The notes below the pieces were generated by a model, which did not search any database, was not told the DNA's origin, and was given only the letters and a program-made list of their open reading frames with translations. DNA of 64,000 nucleotides from Candidatus Woesebacteria bacterium GW2011_GWB1_39_12 (lineage in GTDB: Bacteria; Patescibacteriota; Microgenomatia; UBA8517), in assembly GCA_000993405.1 (NCBI GenBank), contig LBWB01000009.1, positions 13,848 through 77,847 on the forward strand, written 5' to 3'. Of the stretch, positions 58,679-64,000 are shown piece by piece (position 1 is the first letter of the stretch; each line of letters begins with the position of its first letter). The position numbers and the translations under genes are program-made.

Positions 58679-59065
58679 CTAATTATGGTGCTTTCCCATC
58701 AAATGTAGCGCACCGTGCTCGACTAATTCAAGTACCTTTTCGTCTATCAGCTTACCCTCGCTTTCTGCTTCCTTGACGACTTTGGGGTAACAAATGACAA
58801 TGTCTCCCAAGTGAATAGTCTCATCTGGCGGCTCGATAAAAGCCTGGTCACCTTCGAGGTAAGGGAATGTCAAAACGTCATGAACCTCTCTTTCCCTTAA
58901 ATACTTTATGGCAAGATTAAGCATATGTTTTTGGCTAACAAAACTAACGCTTACATCTGCCTTCGAAACAATTCCCTCCTTTGTCAAAACTTCCTTCAAA
59001 ATTTTTTTGACTTTTGGAGCACTAACCGGGCAGTTTGTAAGTTTTTTGACATAAACCTGTATCAT
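58679..59065 (-). CDS. ybeY: rRNA maturation endoribonuclease YbeY
   Basis: HGALHLMGKHH zinc-binding motif. Confidence 0.85.
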   Translation of the reverse strand: MIQVYVKKLTNCPVSAPKVKKILKEVLTKEGIVSKADVSVSFVSQKHMLNLAIKYLREREVHDVLTFPYLEGDQAFIEPPDETIHLGDIVICYPKVVKEAESEGKLIDEKVLELVEHGALHLMGKHHN

Positions 59066-59505
59066 GGCTCGAGCTTCTTTTTTACCAATGCTGAAACTTT
59101 ACTACCTTCTGCTTTTCCTCCTGCTTTTTTCATTACATCGCCTATTACTCTCCCCATATCTTGCATTGTTTTTGCTCCCAAGTGCTTTATAGATTCACTG
59201 ATTAACTCATTTAATTCTCCCTCAGGCATCTCGGCCGGTAAAAATTCTTTTAAAATCTCCTGTTCTTTTTTCTCTCTTTCTGCCCGATCTTTCGCATCAA
59301 CTTTTTCATAAGCCTCAATTGCATCTTGGCGCTTTTTGGCTTCCCGGCGAACAACGACTATTTCTTCATCGCCGGAAAGATCGTGTTGTTTAGCGATCTT
59401 TTCATAATTTAAAGCCGACGATAGCATCCTTAAAGTCGATAATCTTACCTCGTCTCTAGCCTTCAGGGCTTGTGAAATTTTTTGATTAATTGTATCTGTA
59501 ATCAT
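59062..59505 (-). CDS. GatB/YqeY domain protein
   Basis: 147 aa YqeY signature. Confidence 0.8.
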   Translation of the reverse strand: MITDTINQKISQALKARDEVRLSTLRMLSSALNYEKIAKQHDLSGDEEIVVVRREAKKRQDAIEAYEKVDAKDRAEREKKEQEILKEFLPAEMPEGELNELISESIKHLGAKTMQDMGRVIGDVMKKAGGKAEGSKVSALVKKKLEP

Positions 59506-59556
59506 ATCTATTATATTGCACCTTAGAGGTGAAATGGCTTCACACCTTTGGTATTT

Positions 59557-59976
59557 TCAAACTCTTTCTCTGATTTTTCCAGAAATTTCTTTCATCTCTT
59601 CCTCACTTATTTGTTTTTTGGGAATTTCAGGCGGAATAATATCCAGTTCCCCTCTCACATTACTCGTGCCTACTTCAGTCATGCGAGGCAGAATATGGAT
59701 ATGAGCGTGAGGAACCGCTCCATACGTGTAGTAATTCACATAAACTGGGTTTAGTGTTTTTTGCATAGCTCTGGTTATTTTTAATACTCTCATCCAATAC
59801 TCATCAAATTTCGGCACGTCATATATCCAGCGATAATGCTTTTTAGGAATTAGTAACGTGTGTCCTTTTACAGCTGGAGCTGTATCCAAGAATGCCATAT
59901 ATTCCTCATCTTCATAGACTTTGTAGCAAGGAATTTCGCCTCTGACTATTTTGCAAAATACGCAAAGTGATTTCAT
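59557..59976 (-). CDS. HIT family protein
   Basis: HAHIHILPR histidine triad. Confidence 0.8.
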   Translation of the reverse strand: MKSLCVFCKIVRGEIPCYKVYEDEEYMAFLDTAPAVKGHTLLIPKKHYRWIYDVPKFDEYWMRVLKITRAMQKTLNPVYVNYYTYGAVPHAHIHILPRMTEVGTSNVRGELDIIPPEIPKKQISEEEMKEISGKIRERV

Positions 59977-60293
59977 GCTGCTCGTTCTGGTGTAATATCG
60001 GCCAAGAAGTGAATCTGCATGTGCGGAATCGAGGCAGCGTCTCCTGAATTATGAATCAAACGAAATCCTTTTGCGCTTCTATCTCGTGCAATTAAGACCG
60101 CTACATCTTTTATTTCCTTCCAAACTTTATCATCAACTTCACCCAAATCCTTAATGTGTTTTTTGGGAACAATGAGAAGATGGATTGCGGCTTGAGGATT
60201 TATGTCGCGAAAAACTACAAGATTATCAGTCTCTTTTTCAAGCTTAGTGTCCGTTTTTCCTTGTACAATCTGACAAAATACGCAATCTTCCAT
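59973..60293 (-). CDS. HIT-like protein (Hint-type)
   Basis: CVFCQI...HLLIVPKKH...HMQIHFL. Confidence 0.7.
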   Translation of the reverse strand: MEDCVFCQIVQGKTDTKLEKETDNLVVFRDINPQAAIHLLIVPKKHIKDLGEVDDKVWKEIKDVAVLIARDRSAKGFRLIHNSGDAASIPHMQIHFLADITPERAA

Positions 60294-60373
60294 AGTTCTT
60301 TCTCCTTTCTCCTTTTATCCTTCACCCTTTACCTTTAATTAAATATACCAATTTGTGAAAATTCTTACAAGAC

Positions 60374-61363
60374 CTAAAGAAGAGAAATTATGGCTTTGGC
60401 TAATATTTCCGGGTCGTGGCGAACGAGACTCCGAGTGAGCTTATCAGCACTATGTTTTTTATAAATTTCCGAATAGACAAAATTATCTCTTATAACTTTT
60501 ACTCCTTTTAGGCTCTTCAAATCATCCTCTACCGGTTCAGCATTCGTCTTCTTATACCATTTAAGGGCTTTAGCCGGAATCTTTCCGTCATTCACCAAAA
60601 GATAATCAATGGCATCTTTCCCAAGATATTTTTGCATTTCGGCCAAGAAATCTGATGTTTTAAATCCATTTGTTTGGCCAAAACGCGTCATAAGGTTAAC
60701 TATATAAGCAACTTTTCCTTTCGACGACTTTACGGCTTCTTTTATTCCGGAAACAACAATATTAGGCAAAATACTCGTGTAAAGATCTCCGGGGCCTAAT
60801 ACTATTAAATCTGCCTCCTTAATTTTCTTTACTGCTTTTTTATTTGCAGAAGCTTCCGGAAAAACCGAAAGTTCAACAATTCTCCTTTTACTCAAATCCT
60901 CATCAGGCTCATCAATTGCATGTTCTCCTAAAATCTGTCTTCCGTTATCGTAAACAGCAACAAGATTCGTATTATCATAGGTAATCGGAATAATTTCCCC
61001 TTTTACATCCAGAAATTCGCAGGTCTTTTCGATTGCTTTTTCCTGTGATCCGTAAATATCTGTAAGTGCAGCCATAAAAAGATTTCCGAAAGTCATGCCC
61101 GTAATTCCGGTTCCGGCGTTGTAACGGTAAGTGAAAAGTTTCCTTAAAATATCCCTGGGTCTTTCTTCAGAGAGTGCAACGATACACTGACGAATATCAG
61201 AAGTCGGAAGAAGTCCGAACTCGTCTCTTATCACACGATTGCTTCCTCCCGAATCCATCATTGAAACGATAACAGAAAGATCAACCGGATATTTTTTTAG
61301 ACCAATTAAAACTGTATAGGTTCCCGTACCTCCACCAACAACAACGATCTTCTTCCTTTTCAT
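60374..61363 (-). CDS. YvcK/CofD-like (UPF0052, gluconeogenesis factor family) protein
   Basis: VVVGGGTGTYTVLIGLKKY N-terminus. Confidence 0.8.
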   Translation of the reverse strand: MKRKKIVVVGGGTGTYTVLIGLKKYPVDLSVIVSMMDSGGSNRVIRDEFGLLPTSDIRQCIVALSEERPRDILRKLFTYRYNAGTGITGMTFGNLFMAALTDIYGSQEKAIEKTCEFLDVKGEIIPITYDNTNLVAVYDNGRQILGEHAIDEPDEDLSKRRIVELSVFPEASANKKAVKKIKEADLIVLGPGDLYTSILPNIVVSGIKEAVKSSKGKVAYIVNLMTRFGQTNGFKTSDFLAEMQKYLGKDAIDYLLVNDGKIPAKALKWYKKTNAEPVEDDLKSLKGVKVIRDNFVYSEIYKKHSADKLTRSLVRHDPEILAKAIISLL

Positions 61364-61445
61364 TTAGAAAGTTTTTTTACATCTCATTTCAAAACCTTGA
61401 AATGAGATGCTATAAGCTGTCGCCAAAGGCGACTCAAAACCGAGC

Positions 61446-62726
61446 CTACAGACGAGATTTTGTAATAGCTTCTATCACTTGATCGATTGTGAGAAGCTCG
61501 GTTTTTTCGGAAGCCCTGCTTTTCCACTCAATTTTATCTTTAGTTTTTTCTGAAGTTACCAATCTCACAGGAATACCTATAAGATCCGCATCTGCGAACT
61601 TCTCTCCGGCTCCAACATTTCTATCATCCCACAGAGCTTCAATACCCGAATCCTCTAATTTCTGGTAAATCTCCTTTGCTCTTTGGCCTTTGTCGTTTGT
61701 CCTGATGTCCAATAAATGGACATCAAAAGGAGCAATGGTCTTATTCCATATTATTCCCCGCTCATCATGGCTAACCTCAACCCATGTACCCATTACCCTT
61801 GTTGAGCCAATGCCGTAAGAACCAAACCAGACAGGTTTTCTCATTCCCTTTTCATCGGTATAGTAAACCCTCATTCTCTCAGAATAATATGTTCCGAAAG
61901 GGAAAATATTACCTACTTCAATCGATTTGGATTGCCTGATCGAACCTTTCTTACAAACCGGGCACGTAATTACCCCTCCGGGCCCGAGGCCCTCCGGGCC
62001 GGGGGCTTTAAAAATTTCTTGATTTTGTGCAAAGTCGCATTTTTCGCAATAGTAAATTGTGTCTTCTCCTCCTTCTGCTAAAACTTGGAACTCATGAGTA
62101 TTATTGTCCGTAAATACGCCCCCTGCTGCCTCTGTAATTTTGAAATCAAAACCTAATCGCTTAAATACCCGGCAGTAAGCTTTCTTTACTTCCTCGTAAT
62201 ATTTCCAAAAATCCTCTTCTCCCGCGTGAATAGAATATAAATCCTTCATCATAAATTCCCGTCCCCTTAAGATTCCAGACCGAGCTCTTGGCTCATTCCT
62301 GAACTTCGTTGAAAAATGATAAAGTGCCAAAGGCAAATCCTGATAGCTTGTTATGTGTTTTCTTACCAAATCCAAAACTATTTCCTCATGAGTGAAACCT
62401 AGTCCCAAGTCCTTATTCCGACTGTCTTTAAGTTGATACATTATTTCGCGAGCGGTGTCCCATCTTCCGGTTTCTTGCCAAACTTCTTTGGGATGCATCA
62501 AAGGCATTAATATCTCCTGAGCTCCGGTTGAATTCATCTCTTCTCTTATAATTTGATTTATTTTATTAACCACTCGCCATCCCATTGGAAGAAGAGTCCA
62601 GCTCCCGGCCATCAGTTGATCGATAAATCCTGCGCGGACCAGAAGTTTATGATTAATGCTTTCCGCGTCTTTAGGAGCTTCTTTTTTTGTTTTTGGAAAA
62701 AGTGACGATTGTCTCATAAGCGTCAT
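61446..62726 (-). CDS. proS: Proline--tRNA ligase (bacterial type lacking the editing insertion)
   Basis: Class II motifs, zinc-binding CPVCKKG; 426 aa; GC-rich low-complexity insert at 61982-62015. Confidence 0.9.
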   Translation of the reverse strand: MTLMRQSSLFPKTKKEAPKDAESINHKLLVRAGFIDQLMAGSWTLLPMGWRVVNKINQIIREEMNSTGAQEILMPLMHPKEVWQETGRWDTAREIMYQLKDSRNKDLGLGFTHEEIVLDLVRKHITSYQDLPLALYHFSTKFRNEPRARSGILRGREFMMKDLYSIHAGEEDFWKYYEEVKKAYCRVFKRLGFDFKITEAAGGVFTDNNTHEFQVLAEGGEDTIYYCEKCDFAQNQEIFKAPGPEGLGPGGVITCPVCKKGSIRQSKSIEVGNIFPFGTYYSERMRVYYTDEKGMRKPVWFGSYGIGSTRVMGTWVEVSHDERGIIWNKTIAPFDVHLLDIRTNDKGQRAKEIYQKLEDSGIEALWDDRNVGAGEKFADADLIGIPVRLVTSEKTKDKIEWKSRASEKTELLTIDQVIEAITKSRL

Positions 62727-62731
62727 CCTGA

Positions 62732-62757
62732 ATTCATTTCAGGATCTCTGGATATAA
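62732..62757. repeat. Second copy of palindromic element GTCATCCTGAAttcaTTTCAGGATCT, spanning the GIY-YIG stop and the proS upstream region
   Basis: 24/26 identical to 32690-32715; followed by a second hairpin ATAAATCCctgaatccAGGATTTAT (62762-62788). Confidence 0.6.
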
Positions 62758-63024
62758 ATCCCTGAATCCAGGATTTATTGATTTTACCAAATTTAACTTC
62801 CACTCTCTATGCCAATTTTTCATTTGCTTCTCCCTCTTAATTGCCTCACTTGGAGTATCGAATATTTCATAAAACAACAGTTTATGAATTTTGTATTTCT
62901 TTGTAAATCCTTCAACAAAACCGTTTTTATGCTGATAAACTCGTTTTACTAAATTTGAAGTTGTCCCAATATAAAGCGTAAGTCTGTTGCTACCCAAAAT
63001 GTAGACAAAATATTTTTTCTCCAC
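62734..63024 (-). CDS. GIY-YIG nuclease superfamily protein (stand-alone)
   Basis: KYFVYILGSNRLTLYIGTTSNLVKRVYQHK. Confidence 0.8.
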   Translation of the reverse strand: MEKKYFVYILGSNRLTLYIGTTSNLVKRVYQHKNGFVEGFTKKYKIHKLLFYEIFDTPSEAIKREKQMKNWHREWKLNLVKSINPGFRDLYPEILK

Positions 63025-63064
63025 TTTAAGATGCTGAAACTAGTTCAGCATGACAAAATGAGTA

Positions 63065-64000
63065 TTATTTAAAAACCGATTCGATATAGCCCGAAATTCC
63101 TCCGCCTAAAATAAGCTTTTGAATATCGCTTGCCGTTATCGCAAGTATTAGTAAAATTAGAATTATCATTCCAACCGTATGAATTGTAGCTTCAACTTTT
63201 GGAACAATTCTCTTGCCAAAAAAGGATTCAATCACAACAAAAAGAAGTCTTCCTCCATCCAGTGCCGGAAAAGGAATCACATTTAGAATCGCCAAATTAA
63301 CCGACAGAATTCCTATAAAATTAATTAAAGGCAAAATGCCAAATTTTGCCGCCTCGCTGGTTAGTGCAAAAATTCCAACCGGTCCTGCAATGTCTTTGGG
63401 AACGACGCCTCCGAAAAGATCTCTAAAAAGCTTTATAAATCCTCCAATAACAATCCCTGACCAAAAAATGCTTTCCTTAAAACCGTAGTAAATTCCAATA
63501 AAAGGCCTCTGCCATATCGGCGGAAAATAAATTTCCGTTGTCGAGATTAAAACTCCCAGTGCTCCCTCCCCTTCCGGAGGATTTTCGCGGGGAATCACCT
63601 TTGTCTCAAATATTTTATCGCCTCTTTGGACATCTAAGGTAATCTCTCTTCCCTTATTTGCATCAACAGTTTGTATCAAGACGGCATTTGAAGTAATTTC
63701 GACTCCGTCGATTTTTCTTACTATATCATCTATCGTTAAACCCGAAGAAGCTGCAGGAGAATCCTCTCTAATCTCAACTACTTTTACATTCTCTGTTTCT
63801 TTTGGAATTCCGGTAAAAGAATAAACAAGCGAAAATGCCGTTATTGCTAAAATAAAATTCATTACAACACCTGCTAAAATTATTACCGCCCTTACCCGTT
63901 TATTTTTATTAAGAAATGCCTTTGAGGTGTCAGTTACCGTATCTTCCGTGGTTTCTCCGTGAAGTTTGACAAATCCCCCAAAAGGTAACAGGTTAAGGGA
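63065..64000 (-). CDS. rseP: Site-2 protease RseP (M50 zinc metalloprotease), C-terminal part; gene continues past window end
   Basis: PDZ region and PALDGGRL motif; upstream translation continues (LPFGGFVKLHGE). Confidence 0.8.
   Translation of the reverse strand, partial: SLNLLPFGGFVKLHGETTEDTVTDTSKAFLNKNKRVRAVIILAGVVMNFILAITAFSLVYSFTGIPKETENVKVVEIREDSPAASSGLTIDDIVRKIDGVEITSNAVLIQTVDANKGREITLDVQRGDKIFETKVIPRENPPEGEGALGVLISTTEIYFPPIWQRPFIGIYYGFKESIFWSGIVIGGFIKLFRDLFGGVVPKDIAGPVGIFALTSEAAKFGILPLINFIGILSVNLAILNVIPFPALDGGRLLFVVIESFFGKRIVPKVEATIHTVGMIILILLILAITASDIQKLILGGGISGYIESVFK

Noticed and set aside
59557-60293. Tandem HIT genes as a duplicated novel system
   Set aside because: Paired HIT/Hint genes are common. 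Nothing unusual beyond the paralogy was seen.

Overview
Low-GC (~40%) bacterial chromosome segment. The gene content points to a reduced-genome lineage, possibly Patescibacteria/CPR-like (inferred, not verified). It has a compact translation/replication backbone, a complete type IV pilus operon, small hydrolase genes and many hypotheticals.

Housekeeping backbone:
- dnaB N-terminus (partial), hisS, rpmE, an N-terminally truncated RF1 (prfA), htrA-like and ctpA-like proteases.
- rpsF-ssb-rpsR, ychF, an FKBP isomerase.
- cysS, recR, ybaB, dnaX, ybeY, a YqeY-domain protein, two tandem HIT genes, a YvcK-like gene, proS, a GIY-YIG gene and rseP (partial).

Accessory content:
1. OmpR-type two-component system (21.4-23.2 kb). 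Downstream, four genes each carry a conserved ~20-nt direct-repeat motif upstream: a Spy/CpxP-like periplasmic protein with a Met/His-rich tail, a MacAB-like tripartite efflux module, a membrane protein and an S9 peptidase. A cupredoxin follows. This looks like an envelope/metal-stress regulon.
2. Type IV pilus operon pilB-pilC-pilins-PilM/N-like-pilA (30.7-38.9 kb). Unusual members are a GxxExxY(PD-(D/E)XK-like)-pilin fusion, a 612-aa GC-rich pilin-like protein, a PilM/N-like protein with a LytR_C-like C-terminal domain, and a 7-nt tandem repeat inside a prepilin leader (phase-variation candidate).
3. An island of small same-strand genes (39.9-47.6 kb): three NUDIX genes, a HIT gene, a DUF433/DUF5615 TA-like pair, ZIP and EamA transporters, a methyltransferase and an S51 peptidase. 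Two families of short conserved repeats sit at the 3' ends of these genes, giving a cassette-array/REP-like organisation.
4. A cytoplasmic GAF-PAS histidine kinase followed by three tandem single-domain CheY-like receivers (47.6-50.5 kb).

Gene remnants: the C-terminal fossil of a restriction-modification gene (2.87-3.06 kb) and a duplicated release-factor 3' end (8.32-8.41 kb).

No rRNA, tRNA or CRISPR array was identified.
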